Below are positions 1 to 9,972 of a stretch of DNA of 64,000 nt, in pieces. Source of the DNA: Glaciecola sp. GTDB lineage: Bacteria > Pseudomonadota > Gammaproteobacteria > Enterobacterales > Alteromonadaceae. Made by a program: the position numbers and the translations under genes. The DNA lies in contig JAQXDG010000179.1 of NCBI GenBank assembly GCA_029251505.1, positions 399 through 64,398 on the forward strand, in the 5' to 3' direction. The stretch's first letter is position 1; the number at the start of each line of letters is the position of its first letter. The notes below the pieces were generated by a model. That model was not told where the DNA came from, made no database searches, and saw nothing but the letters and a program-made list of their open reading frames with translations.

Positions 1-55
1 CCTAGAGCAAGCTGTACGTATCCGTACTGGTGAAGCCGATAGTGAAGCGTTGTAA
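1..55 (+). CDS. glnK: Nitrogen regulatory protein P-II, C-terminal fragment (gene begins upstream of the window)
   Basis: The frame starting at nt 2 reads LEQAVRIRTGEADSEAL followed by TAA at 53..55, which matches the conserved P-II C-terminus. It lies 11 nt upstream of an Amt transporter, as in glnK-amtB operons. Confidence 0.6.
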   Translation, partial: LEQAVRIRTGEADSEAL

Positions 56-66
56 GGAGAATCACA

Positions 67-1311
67 ATGGAAACGACATTTGAACTAAGTTACGCACTCG
101 ATACCTTTTACTTTTTGATTTGTGGTGCATTTGTAATGTGGATGGCAGCGGGTTTTGCCATGTTAGAAGCGGGTTTAGTCCGTTCTAAAAACACAACTGA
201 AATTTTAACTAAAAACGTCGCTCTTTATGCGATCGCTTGTACCATGTATATGATTTGTGGTTATAGCATCATGTATGGTGGTGGTGACTTTACATTATTC
301 CTAAGTGGTATCCTTTCTGATGGCGCAACAGGTGTAACTGAAGATGCGGCAACGTATGCACCTTCAGCTGATTTCTTCTTCCAAGTTGTATTCGTAGCTA
401 CTGCAATGTCAATCGTATCTGGTGCGGTTGCTGAGCGTATGAAGTTATGGGCATTCCTTGCATTCGCGGTGGTAATGACTGCGTTTATCTATCCAATGTC
501 GGGTGCATGGACTTGGGGCGGTGAGGCAGTATTTGGTCTGTATACATTAGGCGACCTTGGTTTCTCTGATTTCGCAGGTTCTGGTATTGTTCACATGGCT
601 GGTGCATCTGCCGCTATAGCCGGTGTGTTAATCTTAGGTGCTCGTAAAGGTAAATATACTAAAGACGGTAAAGCCAACGCAATCCCTGGTTCTAACTTAC
701 CATTGGCGACATTAGGTACGTTTATCTTGTGGATGGGTTGGTTTGGTTTCAACGGTGGTTCTGTATTAGCAACTGCAACCGTAGAAAGCGCAAACTCGGT
801 GGCTGTAGTCTTCATGAACACTAACGCAGCTGCTGCAGGTGGTCTGATTGGTGCACTTTTACTAGCACGTATCTTGTTTGGTAAAGCGGATTTAACCATG
901 GCATTAAATGGTGCGCTAGCAGGTTTAGTTGCGATTACTGCTGAACCTTCTACGCCGACACCATTACAAGCAACTATCTTCGGTGCGATAGGTGGTGTGT
1001 TAGTGGTATTAAGTATCTTAGCGCTTGATAAGATTAAGATTGATGATCCGGTAGGTGCAATCTCTGTTCACGGTACGGTTGGTTTATTAGGTTTGTTACT
1101 AGTGCCTATCACTAACGATGGTGCCAGCTTCTCTGGTCAGTTAATCGGTGCTGCAACTATCTTTGTCTGGGTATTCGGCGCAAGCACAGTAGTGTGGTTA
1201 GCTCTGAAAGCGACAATGGGTATTCGTGTTACTGAAGAAGAAGAGTACCAAGGTGTCGATATCAGTGAGTGTGGCTTAGAAGCTTATCCTGATTTTACGA
1301 CGGCTAAGTAA
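67..1311 (+). CDS. amtB: Ammonium transporter, Amt family
   Basis: 414-aa polytopic ORF with Amt-type motifs (AGFAMLEAGLVRSKN, SGIVHMAG, WFGFNGGS, ISVHGTVG). An AGGAGA RBS lies about 6 nt upstream, and the gene follows glnK. Confidence 0.92.
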   Translation: METTFELSYALDTFYFLICGAFVMWMAAGFAMLEAGLVRSKNTTEILTKNVALYAIACTMYMICGYSIMYGGGDFTLFLSGILSDGATGVTEDAATYAPSADFFFQVVFVATAMSIVSGAVAERMKLWAFLAFAVVMTAFIYPMSGAWTWGGEAVFGLYTLGDLGFSDFAGSGIVHMAGASAAIAGVLILGARKGKYTKDGKANAIPGSNLPLATLGTFILWMGWFGFNGGSVLATATVESANSVAVVFMNTNAAAAGGLIGALLLARILFGKADLTMALNGALAGLVAITAEPSTPTPLQATIFGAIGGVLVVLSILALDKIKIDDPVGAISVHGTVGLLGLLLVPITNDGASFSGQLIGAATIFVWVFGASTVVWLALKATMGIRVTEEEEYQGVDISECGLEAYPDFTTAK

Positions 1312-1349
1312 TCTCTAAACCAAATACTTTTATTTAAAGTGTGTGTGTT

Positions 1350-1373
1350 GCCCCTCCTTGGAGGGGCTTTTTG
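1350..1373 (+). terminator. Rho-independent terminator after amtB
   Basis: GC-rich stem GCCCCTC/GAGGGGC (1350-1356 / 1361-1367) with a 4-nt loop, followed by TTTTT. Confidence 0.65.
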
Positions 1374-1404
1374 CATTTAGAGCGAAGCGATGTCGCTGGG
1401 TAGT

Positions 1405-1971
1405 TCACAGCTCAATGGTTTTAATGACGACGGCAGGATTACCTGCTATCACTACATTATCACCAAAGCTTTTTGTCACTACTGCACCAGCGCCGACCAC
1501 GACATTGTTACCTAAGGTTACCCCTGGGTTGATCACTGCATTTCCGCCGACCCAACAGTTATCGCCTAAGGTAATGGGCTTAGCGAATTCTAAACCACTA
1601 TTGCGTAAGGTTGGATTCAGTGGATGGGCTGCGGTATAAATCCCAACATTGGGGGCCAACATACAATCATGACCTATGGTAACTGAGGCACAATCTAAAA
1701 TGACACAGCCAAAATTGGCGTAAAAGTTTTCACCCACATGAATGTTATAGCCATAATCACATTTAAACGTCGATTCTATGTATAGACGCTTGCCGGTCGA
1801 TCCGAATAATGATTTAACTAGGTTGGCACGCTGTTTAACTTGTTCTTGGGGAATACTGTTGAGGCTATCGAGTTGTGTGCGTGCGGCAAAACGATCCGCG
1901 ACTAACGTTTTATCGCTAGCAAAATAATCTAAGCCAGCGACCATTTTTTGTTTTTCGGTAAGGGTATTCAT
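1405..1971 (-). CDS. maa: Maltose/galactoside O-acetyltransferase family (hexapeptide-repeat acetyltransferase)
   Basis: 188-aa ORF with left-handed beta-helix hexapeptide repeats (IGHDCMLAPNVGIY, LGDNCWVGGNAVINPGVTLGNNVVVGAGAVV) and a Maa/LacA-like N-terminal region. Confidence 0.75.
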   Translation of the reverse strand: MNTLTEKQKMVAGLDYFASDKTLVADRFAARTQLDSLNSIPQEQVKQRANLVKSLFGSTGKRLYIESTFKCDYGYNIHVGENFYANFGCVILDCASVTIGHDCMLAPNVGIYTAAHPLNPTLRNSGLEFAKPITLGDNCWVGGNAVINPGVTLGNNVVVGAGAVVTKSFGDNVVIAGNPAVVIKTIEL

Positions 1972-2070
1972 GTTCGGTCTCGTTATGTTTTTATTGAAGA
2001 ACAGGGTATGATTAACAGATTACGCAATATGCATGCGCTTGTAAAACTTGTCACTAGGTAGCGAACACAC

Positions 2071-2280
2071 ATGACTCAAGAAAATAACCCATTACACGGA
2101 TTAACGTTACAAACTATTGTGACTAAATTAGTTGAACATTATGGCTGGGAAGATTTAGCGATAATGATTAATATCAATTGCTTTAAAAAAGACCCATCGA
2201 TTAAATCGTCATTGAAGTTTTTACGTAAAACCGAGTGGGCACGCACAAAAGTGGAACAACTCTACCTTGATACGTTTTAG
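2071..2280 (+). CDS. DUF2132 / VF530-like small putative DNA-binding protein
   Basis: 69-aa ORF. The stretch [24 protein letters not shown]...[27 protein letters not shown] matches my memory of the VF530/DUF2132 family. Confidence 0.6.
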   Translation: MTQENNPLHGLTLQTIVTKLVEHYGWEDLAIMININCFKKDPSIKSSLKFLRKTEWARTKVEQLYLDTF

Positions 2281-2373
2281 GACATAAGACCAACCATTTC
2301 TTTGCGACGATTGCTACTTATCTTACAGACAGTTATGCTCAGGGTTACAACGATAACCGAAAGGAAAACGCGC

Positions 2374-4098
2374 GTGAAAACAACAATAACGAAGACCTAC
2401 ACACGAATAGTTAGGTTAATCACACTTGCTAGTATGTTGGTACTAGCTAACCTGTCAGTAGCTAACGCTTACGACCGTGTCACGGGAAAAACCTTTGCTA
2501 GCCGCTCTGAAGTGATAGCGCAGCATGGTATGGCAGCGACCAGCCAGCCCTTAGCGACACAGGTTGCTTTAGACATTCTTAAATCGGGTGGTAATGCTAT
2601 CGATGCAGCGATTGCAGCCAATGCCATGTTAGGATTAGTTGAGCCAACAGGCAGTGGTATCGGTGGCGATTTGTATGCCATTATTTGGGATGCAAAAAAT
2701 CAAAAACTACATGGATTAAACGCTTCAGGTCGTTCACCGCAAACACTGACGCTAGCCTATTTTAAAGAGCAAGGTTTGACAGAAATTCCCAAATTTGGTG
2801 CATTACCTGTCTCTGTGCCAGGGGCTGTGGATGGTTGGTTTGAAATGCATGCCAAATTTGGCTCAAAACCGATGACACAAATCCTAGCGCCGGCAATCAA
2901 ATATGCCCGTGAAGGCTTTCCAGTTTCAGAGCTGATTAGCTATTATTTACATCGCTCAGTGGCACGTATTGGTCAGTATGACGGATTTAAAGAAACCTAT
3001 ATGCCTAAGGGTAAAATGCCAAACACCGGTGATATATTTAAAAATCCTGGGTTGGCATTTACCTATGAAAAAATCGCAACAGGTGGACGCGATGCATTTT
3101 ATAAAGGTGATATCGCCCGCATCATCGATACCTATATGAAAGCGCAAGGTGGCTTTTTATCCTATGCTGATTTAGCGAGTCATAGCTCAACGTGGGTAGA
3201 GCCCGTATCGGCCAACTATCGCGGCTATGATGTGTGGGAACTACCGCCTAATGGCCAGGGGATTGCGGCACTACAAATCTTAAATATCATGGAACGCTAC
3301 GATGTTGAAGGCATGGGCTTTGGCTCACCTGAATATGTACATACATTTGTTGAGGCTAAAAAATTAGCGTTTGCTGATCGAGCTAAGTTCTACTCAGATA
3401 TGGATTTTAATGACGTGCCGGTGGCAGCATTAATTTCAAAGCAATATGCAGTGCAGCGCCAAGCATTGATTAACCCTAATAAAGCCGCAAAACGGGTTGA
3501 TGCCGGGCTCAATGAAGGTGATACTATCTATCTCACCGTTGCTGATAAAGACGGCAATATGGTGTCGCTGATTCAAAGTAATTTCCGCGGCATGGGATCC
3601 GGTATGACACCAACGGGTTTAGGTTTTGTACTGCAAAATCGGGGCGAGTTATTTGCCTTAGACCCAACCCATTTTAATGCTTATGCCCCAAATAAACGTC
3701 CTTTTCAAACGATTATTCCTGCGTTTATTACCAAAAATAATCAACCTTATTTGAGTTTTGGTGTGATGGGCGGTGGCGCACAACCACAAATGCATGCACA
3801 GGTGGTCATGAATATGATTGATTTTGGCATGAATACCCAAGAAGCCGGAGACGCACCTCGAATTTTACATAGTGGATCAGCCCAACCTACGGGCTCAGAT
3901 ATGACCGATGGCGGCTACATTTCACTGGAATCTGGGTTTAGTGCTGAAACGCGCCGAGAGTTATTGAAAAAAGGTCATGTTTTGCGCGATGTCTCTGGTG
4001 CATTTGGTGGTTATCAAGCCATACGTTATGATGCAGATACTAAGGTTTATTTCGGTGCATCTGAAAGTCGTAAAGACGGGCATGCGGCGGGCTATTAA
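2374..4098 (+). CDS. ggt: Gamma-glutamyltranspeptidase
   Basis: GGT family hallmarks are present: GIGGD, the nucleophile Thr in NEGDTIYLTVADKDGNMVS, and GVMGGGAQPQ. The ORF is open from 2302. I prefer the GTG at 2374 because it is preceded by AAGGA and followed by a signal peptide ending LSVANA. Confidence 0.9.
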   Translation: MKTTITKTYTRIVRLITLASMLVLANLSVANAYDRVTGKTFASRSEVIAQHGMAATSQPLATQVALDILKSGGNAIDAAIAANAMLGLVEPTGSGIGGDLYAIIWDAKNQKLHGLNASGRSPQTLTLAYFKEQGLTEIPKFGALPVSVPGAVDGWFEMHAKFGSKPMTQILAPAIKYAREGFPVSELISYYLHRSVARIGQYDGFKETYMPKGKMPNTGDIFKNPGLAFTYEKIATGGRDAFYKGDIARIIDTYMKAQGGFLSYADLASHSSTWVEPVSANYRGYDVWELPPNGQGIAALQILNIMERYDVEGMGFGSPEYVHTFVEAKKLAFADRAKFYSDMDFNDVPVAALISKQYAVQRQALINPNKAAKRVDAGLNEGDTIYLTVADKDGNMVSLIQSNFRGMGSGMTPTGLGFVLQNRGELFALDPTHFNAYAPNKRPFQTIIPAFITKNNQPYLSFGVMGGGAQPQMHAQVVMNMIDFGMNTQEAGDAPRILHSGSAQPTGSDMTDGGYISLESGFSAETRRELLKKGHVLRDVSGAFGGYQAIRYDADTKVYFGASESRKDGHAAGY

Positions 4099-4130
4099 TC
4101 CATGAATTCTATTTCACTGCGGGTATTGCG

Positions 4131-5054
4131 ATGAGTCAACCACAAAAAGGTATTTGTGCAGAGCCAAACTTACATGCTCAATACTTACAATATAATGTTA
4201 TTGATGAAGATGAGCAGGCAATCCGCTCTAAATTAGCTCGCGTAATTGAAATTTTTGACCATTTTGATGACGAACATTATGAAGCGATGGTCTCTGGCGT
4301 CGTGTGTATCGGTGCTGATTATTTCTCTGAATTGTACCCAGGATTACGTCCACTTGAGCTTAGTCCATTTCCGGATATGCAATGCGACGACCGCATAGCA
4401 CCATCTCAAACCACCGATTTATTTATTCAAATTCGTGCAGACCGTCTTGATATTGTTCATGCAATTAGCGTTGAAGTGCACGAGTTATTGCGCATTCATG
4501 TCGAGTTAGTCGAAGACTTGCGTGGATTTAGATATCTCGATGGTCGTGACTTAACGGGTTTTATTGATGCAGACGATAATCCTCGTGGTTTAACTAAAAA
4601 AACCGTGGCGATTATTGGTGACAACGATCCAGATTTTGCCGGTGGTTGTTATGTGCATACACAAAAATATCAACATGATATGTCACGTTGGAATTTGTTA
4701 TCTCAACGCCGCCAAGAACAAGTTATGGGCTGTACTCGAGAGCATCACTTACCAAGCCCTGAAGCGAATGCTAATTCTCACTATATACGCTCTCGTGTGA
4801 CTGATTTGTCGGATGTGCACGCCAAACAACAATTAGTCAGACAATCGATGCCGTATGCTAATATGCGCGAGCAAGGTTTGTTTTTTGTGAGTCATTGTCA
4901 ATCTGCAATCCCTTTTAAACATATGTTGCACAGTATGATTTTCGGTACGAATGTCGATGAGTATGATGCCTTTTTAGATTACACCAGTGCACAAACGGGA
5001 GGTGCATATTTTGCCCCTTCTCTGGATTTTATTAAACAGCGCGCTCAATCTTAG
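4131..5054 (+). CDS. Dye-decolorizing (DyP-type) peroxidase, YfeX-like, no signal peptide
   Basis: 307-aa ORF with the DyP core RDLTGFIDADDNP (the GXXDG region, here GFIDA) and a YfeX-like size. Confidence 0.75.
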   Translation: MSQPQKGICAEPNLHAQYLQYNVIDEDEQAIRSKLARVIEIFDHFDDEHYEAMVSGVVCIGADYFSELYPGLRPLELSPFPDMQCDDRIAPSQTTDLFIQIRADRLDIVHAISVEVHELLRIHVELVEDLRGFRYLDGRDLTGFIDADDNPRGLTKKTVAIIGDNDPDFAGGCYVHTQKYQHDMSRWNLLSQRRQEQVMGCTREHHLPSPEANANSHYIRSRVTDLSDVHAKQQLVRQSMPYANMREQGLFFVSHCQSAIPFKHMLHSMIFGTNVDEYDAFLDYTSAQTGGAYFAPSLDFIKQRAQS

Positions 5055-5057
5055 TCA

Positions 5058-6161
5058 TTATGCTAGTGGGCTATGAATCGCCCCTGATTTATTCTCATGG
5101 AGTGGGTTTCGAGTCAGGAATTCAGATTGAGCAAAAAACTGCGCAAATACCGGTTCAGTCGGGTAACGTGCAATACAAGATGAAGCGATATTTGCCAACT
5201 CTCCTAAGCGTTTTTGTTTACGCAAAGACAAACAGGTTAAAATTTCTTTTTCTTGTGCTAGTTTAATAATTTGTTGTTGCTTGGGTAAATGGGATAATAC
5301 TTCGTAGATCTTTTGCCCTTGGCTGCGTCCTTTGACTATAACATTATCTAAGATCCGGAACGTCACTCTATGTCCAGGGGGCAAATTCAAGACCACTTGT
5401 TCTGAGATAATGATGTCAGCGTGATAATTTCGACATAGTCCTTCTAAACGATAAGCAATGTTGACACTATCCCCTAACGCCGTGGTATCCATTCTATCTT
5501 CCGTCCCAACGGTGCCAATGATAACGGGACCATAATGTATCCCAATACCGATATTAATTGGCTGATAGCCACTGTTTTCACGATGCTCGTTATAGAGGTT
5601 TAAGGCTAGACGTAAGCCAATCGCAGCTTGTAATGCATCCATCACTTTATCGTGTTCGCTACCATTAGGATGATCAAATAACGCCATAATGGCATCACCA
5701 TTAAACTTATCAATAAAGCCATTGTTAGCGTGGATCGGCGCGTTCATCCTTAAAAAAAACGAATTCAAAAAATTGAGTGTTTGTTGTGGGCTGAGAGTTT
5801 CTGCTAAATGGCTAAATTGACAAATATCGACAAACAAAATAGCAAGATCATCCTCATCAGCAAATCCAACTTTTAGGTCACTTTCATGTTTTGCTGCTAA
5901 ATGCTGGATAAATTGCTTGGGAATGAAGCGTCTTATTGTGTTGTGTAAGTCACGGGCTTCTTGCGCTTTAGCCGCATATAAATCTTGCAGTTCAGGATCG
6001 AACGCTTGTTTAGGTTGCACTACGCGTTGTGCATCGAGGTTTTGTTGATGCAGTATTTCAGCTAACTGTGCGTGTGTCATTTGCCATTTTATCGCAAAAA
6101 ATAACGCGCAGATAGCAACCACAATCAACAAGGTACTTAAAATCTCTAAAGCTGAAAACAT
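5058..6161 (-). CDS. Membrane-anchored class III adenylate/guanylate cyclase
   Basis: Cyclase homology domain with the metal-binding Asp motifs FVDICQFS and FNGDAIMALF, plus GIGIHYGPVIIGTVG and GDSVNIAYRLE. The ORF is open to the TTG at 6239, but the ATG at 6161 has an AAGGA RBS and begins directly with a TM helix. Confidence 0.75.
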   Translation of the reverse strand: MFSALEILSTLLIVVAICALFFAIKWQMTHAQLAEILHQQNLDAQRVVQPKQAFDPELQDLYAAKAQEARDLHNTIRRFIPKQFIQHLAAKHESDLKVGFADEDDLAILFVDICQFSHLAETLSPQQTLNFLNSFFLRMNAPIHANNGFIDKFNGDAIMALFDHPNGSEHDKVMDALQAAIGLRLALNLYNEHRENSGYQPINIGIGIHYGPVIIGTVGTEDRMDTTALGDSVNIAYRLEGLCRNYHADIIISEQVVLNLPPGHRVTFRILDNVIVKGRSQGQKIYEVLSHLPKQQQIIKLAQEKEILTCLSLRKQKRLGELANIASSCIARYPTEPVFAQFFAQSEFLTRNPLHENKSGAIHSPLA

Positions 6162-6181
6162 ACCGTCCTTAATGAGTAAGT

Positions 6182-6237
6182 TATCAAGCTTTGGTAAGAT
6201 AAGCTTGATTGAATGCGTGAACAATGCGTCCGCATTC
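6182..6237 (-). other. Two adjacent stem-loops in the hemL-cyclase spacer
   Basis: Perfect 9-bp inverted repeat ATCAAGCTT/AAGCTTGAT (6183-6191 / 6201-6209) and 7-bp inverted repeat GAATGCG/CGCATTC (6211-6217 / 6231-6237). No T-run follows either. Confidence 0.5.
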
Positions 6238-6254
6238 AATCAAGAAGCGTCGCG

Positions 6255-7547
6255 TTATTGTATATGGGCGACTTGTGCAAATACCTTATCAGCAGCAGCT
6301 AATGTTGCTTCGATAATCTCCATGGTGTGTGCTTTGGATACAAAGCCAGCTTCGTAAGAGGCTGGAGCAAAGTATACACCTTCAGCTAACATGCCATGAT
6401 AAAAGGCGTTAAACTGTTTGGTATTGCAATTAATGGCTTGTTGATAGTTAGTGACTTTTTCTACATCAGTAAAAAAGATCCCAAACATACTACCCGCAAC
6501 GTTATACGTCATCGGAATGCCATGCTTGTGCGCAAGTGCAGTCAATCCTTCGGCAAGTACTTGTGTGTTATTAAAGATACTAGTATATAAATCAGGTTCT
6601 TCAAGTTGCTCGAGTGCCGCTAATCCCGCCGCCATAGCAATTGGATTACCAGATAACGTACCAGCTTGATAAATAGGGCCGGTCGGCGCGATGTGTAGGA
6701 TGATTTCTTTACTGCCACCAAAACAGCCTACTGGCATGCCGCCACCAATGACTTTACCTAAACATGTTAAGTCGGGTTTAACGCCATAGCGCTCTTGTGC
6801 GCCGCCTCGTGATACACGAAATCCCGTCATGACTTCATCAAAAATTAATACCGCGCCATATTCATCACAGACGTCGCGTAAGCCTTGTAAGAATCCTGCA
6901 ACGGGAGGAATACAGTTCATATTACCGGCTACCGGCTCCACGATAATACAGGCTATATCTTCAGGGTACTCTGCAAATGCGGCTCGGACGCTATCCAGAT
7001 TATTAAATTCAACCGTAAGCGTGTGTTTGGCGAAACTTTCAGGCACACCAGGGGAAGACGGAACACCCATAGTTAAGGCGCCTGAACCTGCTTTAACAAG
7101 TAATGCATCGGCGTGGCCATGATAACAGCCTTCAAATTTTAATATTTTGTCACGGGCAGTGTAGCCACGAGCTAAGCGAATGGCTGACATGGTTGCTTCG
7201 GTACCTGAATTCACCATGCGCACCATTTCCATTGATGGGACGAGTTTATTTACTTTTTCAGCCATGTGAATTTCAGCTTCCGTCGGTGCGCCAAAACTCA
7301 ACCCGTTATAACTAGCAGCAATGACCGCTTCACGGATTTTTTCATTGTTGTGACCAAGTACCATCGGGCCCCACGACTGAATGTAATCGATATAGCGATT
7401 GCCATCGGCATCCCACATATACGGGCCGTCAGTCTTGGTAATAAAGCGGGGCGTGCCACCCACGGCTTTAAATGCGCGAACCGGTGAGTTAACGCCACCA
7501 GGAATAGTTAATTGGGCGCGGGCAAATAATTCTTCAGATTTAGTCAT
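6255..7547 (-). CDS. hemL: Glutamate-1-semialdehyde 2,1-aminomutase
   Basis: The N-terminus [26 protein letters not shown] aligns with E. coli HemL. It has a class III aminotransferase fold with the PLP-Lys region [10 protein letters not shown]. The start at 7547 forms an ATGA overlap with the upstream gene. Confidence 0.95.
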   Translation of the reverse strand: MTKSEELFARAQLTIPGGVNSPVRAFKAVGGTPRFITKTDGPYMWDADGNRYIDYIQSWGPMVLGHNNEKIREAVIAASYNGLSFGAPTEAEIHMAEKVNKLVPSMEMVRMVNSGTEATMSAIRLARGYTARDKILKFEGCYHGHADALLVKAGSGALTMGVPSSPGVPESFAKHTLTVEFNNLDSVRAAFAEYPEDIACIIVEPVAGNMNCIPPVAGFLQGLRDVCDEYGAVLIFDEVMTGFRVSRGGAQERYGVKPDLTCLGKVIGGGMPVGCFGGSKEIILHIAPTGPIYQAGTLSGNPIAMAAGLAALEQLEEPDLYTSIFNNTQVLAEGLTALAHKHGIPMTYNVAGSMFGIFFTDVEKVTNYQQAINCNTKQFNAFYHGMLAEGVYFAPASYEAGFVSKAHTMEIIEATLAAADKVFAQVAHIQ

Positions 7548-8572
7548 AGAGTACTCTTTGGCGTTTGCCATAAAACTGGCTTTTCATGTTGCTGCATAAT
7601 AGTTTCCACCCCTAACGTTAAGGCAAACAAGGCCATACGTACTAATACGCCATTATCAGTTTGTCTGAAGATTGCGAGGTTAGGGTGCTGGTTTAAATCA
7701 TTATCCAGTTCGTTTGCTTCTGCACGTGAATCACGTGGTAAAGGATGCATAATCACAGTCTTGGACTGAAAATGCTTGGTATAAATAGCTTGGTCAAGAC
7801 GAAATTTACCACGGAACTTATCGGCTTCATCTTGCGAGGTAAAACGTTCTTCTTGGATGCGAGTTTGGTAACAAATGTCGGCATCAACACTGCCAGATAA
7901 TTGGTCGGTGATCGTCAGCTTATGCCCACCATTAGTAATTGCAGTGAGAATGGACTCAGGCATAGCTAATTCAGTGGGTGATATAAGCGTAAAATGAATG
8001 TTGTTGTACAGACTCAATAATTTACACAGAGAATGCACCGTACGACCGTATTTCAAGTCACCAATCATGGCGATGTGCAGACCATCAATGTTTGTTCCGT
8101 GGGATTGGCATTCTTTTTCAATGGTGTATAAGTCTAACAAAGCTTGAGTAGGGTGCTCATTGGCACCGTCACCGCCATTGATTACAGGAACCCGTGAGCC
8201 TGCAGCAAACTCGGCAACCGAACCTGCTTGGGGGTGACGCATCGTAATAATGTCTGAATAGCCACTCAATACACGCGCGGTGTCATACAGTGATTCGCCT
8301 TTTGCTAGCGCGGAATTACTCATGCCTACCGTTTCGCGGACTTCACCACCGAGTAAGTTAAAGGCGGTACCAAAGCTGACTCGTGTACGAGTACTCGGTT
8401 CAAAAAATAGATTACCTAAAATCGCACCACGCAAGACTTCAGTCCGTTTTTGGCGTTGGGCATAGGGTCGCATTTGATTAGCGATATGGAAAATGTACTC
8501 AATCGCATCGCGGTTAAATTGATTGACCGAAAGGATATGTTGCCCAGCAAAATTAAAGGTTTGTGCGCTCAT
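7544..8572 (-). CDS. pyrB: Aspartate carbamoyltransferase catalytic chain (no pyrI nearby)
   Basis: Motifs seen: the STRTR motif ([12 protein letters not shown]), [22 protein letters not shown] and MHPLPR. The start is uncertain (ATG 8572 or TTG 8584). Confidence 0.85.
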   Translation of the reverse strand: MSAQTFNFAGQHILSVNQFNRDAIEYIFHIANQMRPYAQRQKRTEVLRGAILGNLFFEPSTRTRVSFGTAFNLLGGEVRETVGMSNSALAKGESLYDTARVLSGYSDIITMRHPQAGSVAEFAAGSRVPVINGGDGANEHPTQALLDLYTIEKECQSHGTNIDGLHIAMIGDLKYGRTVHSLCKLLSLYNNIHFTLISPTELAMPESILTAITNGGHKLTITDQLSGSVDADICYQTRIQEERFTSQDEADKFRGKFRLDQAIYTKHFQSKTVIMHPLPRDSRAEANELDNDLNQHPNLAIFRQTDNGVLVRMALFALTLGVETIMQQHEKPVLWQTPKSTL

Positions 8573-8817
8573 AGTCGTGTTCAAGAATAGAATTTGTCAG
8601 ATTGTAGCAAATACCAAGCCGGTATGCCTAGGGTCAACCAACGAGTTAGCTTAAAAAATTGTGGCAAGGTTAGTGTGCAAATACGATTGCCGGCATAAAT
8701 GACCATAAGATTGTTTACGCTGAGCATGCAGGTGTTTAATAATCACACTGGACGGACTAGTATTTATACATTAGCATTAGGTTATTATTATCTCATTGTA
8801 TTTTGTTAAGGAAAACC

Positions 8818-9960
8818 ATGTCATCATCAAGTTCTCAACAGTCTAACCAACCGTTACTTTTAGGTTTAGTTGGGGGGAGTGTTATATTATTAATTGTGTT
8901 GATGATGTTTTCTGGCAATGGCAGAGCGCAACAAGAAAATCCTGCCTTAGTTGAACAAACTGTGAATGTCCTTCCTGTGAAATATCAAAACACCTTTGCC
9001 AAACGCTATCGAGCAATGGGACGAGTGGAATCAACCTCACAAGCAATGGTCGGATTTGAACGAGCCGGTCGGGTTGCAGATGTGTTAGTCGAAGATGGAC
9101 AGCGGGTAAACCGCGGCGATCTTTTGGCTCGCCTAGATACCAAACGCATTGATGCGCAATTATTAGAAGTTCGAGCTGCATTGGAGTTAGCCGTTGCGGA
9201 GGCTCGCTTAGCTAGCATTTCAGAAAAGCGGGTGGTGGCATTAGTTCGTTCTAAGCTAGAATCCCCACAACGTTTAGATGAAGCTAAAGAAGCAAACAAC
9301 ATCGCCCAAGCGCGCTTAGCCCAAATTCAAGCTCAGCTAGATACACTGACTTTAGAATTAGAAAAATCCACAATCCTCGCCCCTTACACTGCAGATATCG
9401 TGGCTCGGGTCGTTGATGCGGGTGCGGTGGTGAATATCGGACAGCCGATATTTGAAATTGCGAATAATACGACGTTGAGCGCGCGTATTGCCCTCCCTCC
9501 TGAAGTGGCAGGGACATTACAAATTGGTGAATGGTATGATTTACGCATTGGCGAAGCCGCGGTGCGCGGTCAGTTATTGACGATTGGATCGCAGCGTAAT
9601 TTACGCACACGTACCGTGGAGACTGTGTTTTCAGTTAATGCTAATGTCGTCACCTTAGTCGGTGATTTAATTGCGGTTGATTTGGCGATTGAATTGAATC
9701 AATTTGGTGTGTGGGTACCGATTTCAGCTCTGGCGAATGGAGTTCGCGGGATGTGGAATGTCTATGTAGTGAGTAATGAAGGGGCGACTCAAGTTGCGAC
9801 ACGTGCTGTTGAGATTATTTATTCTGATGGTGAACGTGCCTTTATTACGGGGGCGTTACAGGACGGAGATTTATTAGTGATCGGAGGAACGCATCGGTTT
9901 GTCGCGCGCCAAAATGTCAATGCCCGCGTGAGTGATATTGCTCCTAATATTACTCAATAA
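8818..9960 (+). CDS. RND efflux periplasmic adaptor (membrane fusion protein, HlyD family)
   Basis: N-terminal TM anchor, a coiled-coil hairpin (AQLLEVRAALELAVAEARLA...AQIQAQLDTLTLELEKS) and flanking beta-barrel or lipoyl-like segments. It lies directly upstream of an RND pump. An AAGGA RBS precedes the ATG at 8818. Confidence 0.8.
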   Translation: MSSSSSQQSNQPLLLGLVGGSVILLIVLMMFSGNGRAQQENPALVEQTVNVLPVKYQNTFAKRYRAMGRVESTSQAMVGFERAGRVADVLVEDGQRVNRGDLLARLDTKRIDAQLLEVRAALELAVAEARLASISEKRVVALVRSKLESPQRLDEAKEANNIAQARLAQIQAQLDTLTLELEKSTILAPYTADIVARVVDAGAVVNIGQPIFEIANNTTLSARIALPPEVAGTLQIGEWYDLRIGEAAVRGQLLTIGSQRNLRTRTVETVFSVNANVVTLVGDLIAVDLAIELNQFGVWVPISALANGVRGMWNVYVVSNEGATQVATRAVEIIYSDGERAFITGALQDGDLLVIGGTHRFVARQNVNARVSDIAPNITQ

Positions 9961-9972
9961 GGAACCGTTGCT

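Noticed and set aside
4557-4571. The DyP peroxidase GXXDG motif reads GFIDA (final Gly replaced by Ala).
   Set aside because: The catalytic Asp is retained, and the flanking RDLTGF...DNP context is canonical. This is likely a neutral family variant.
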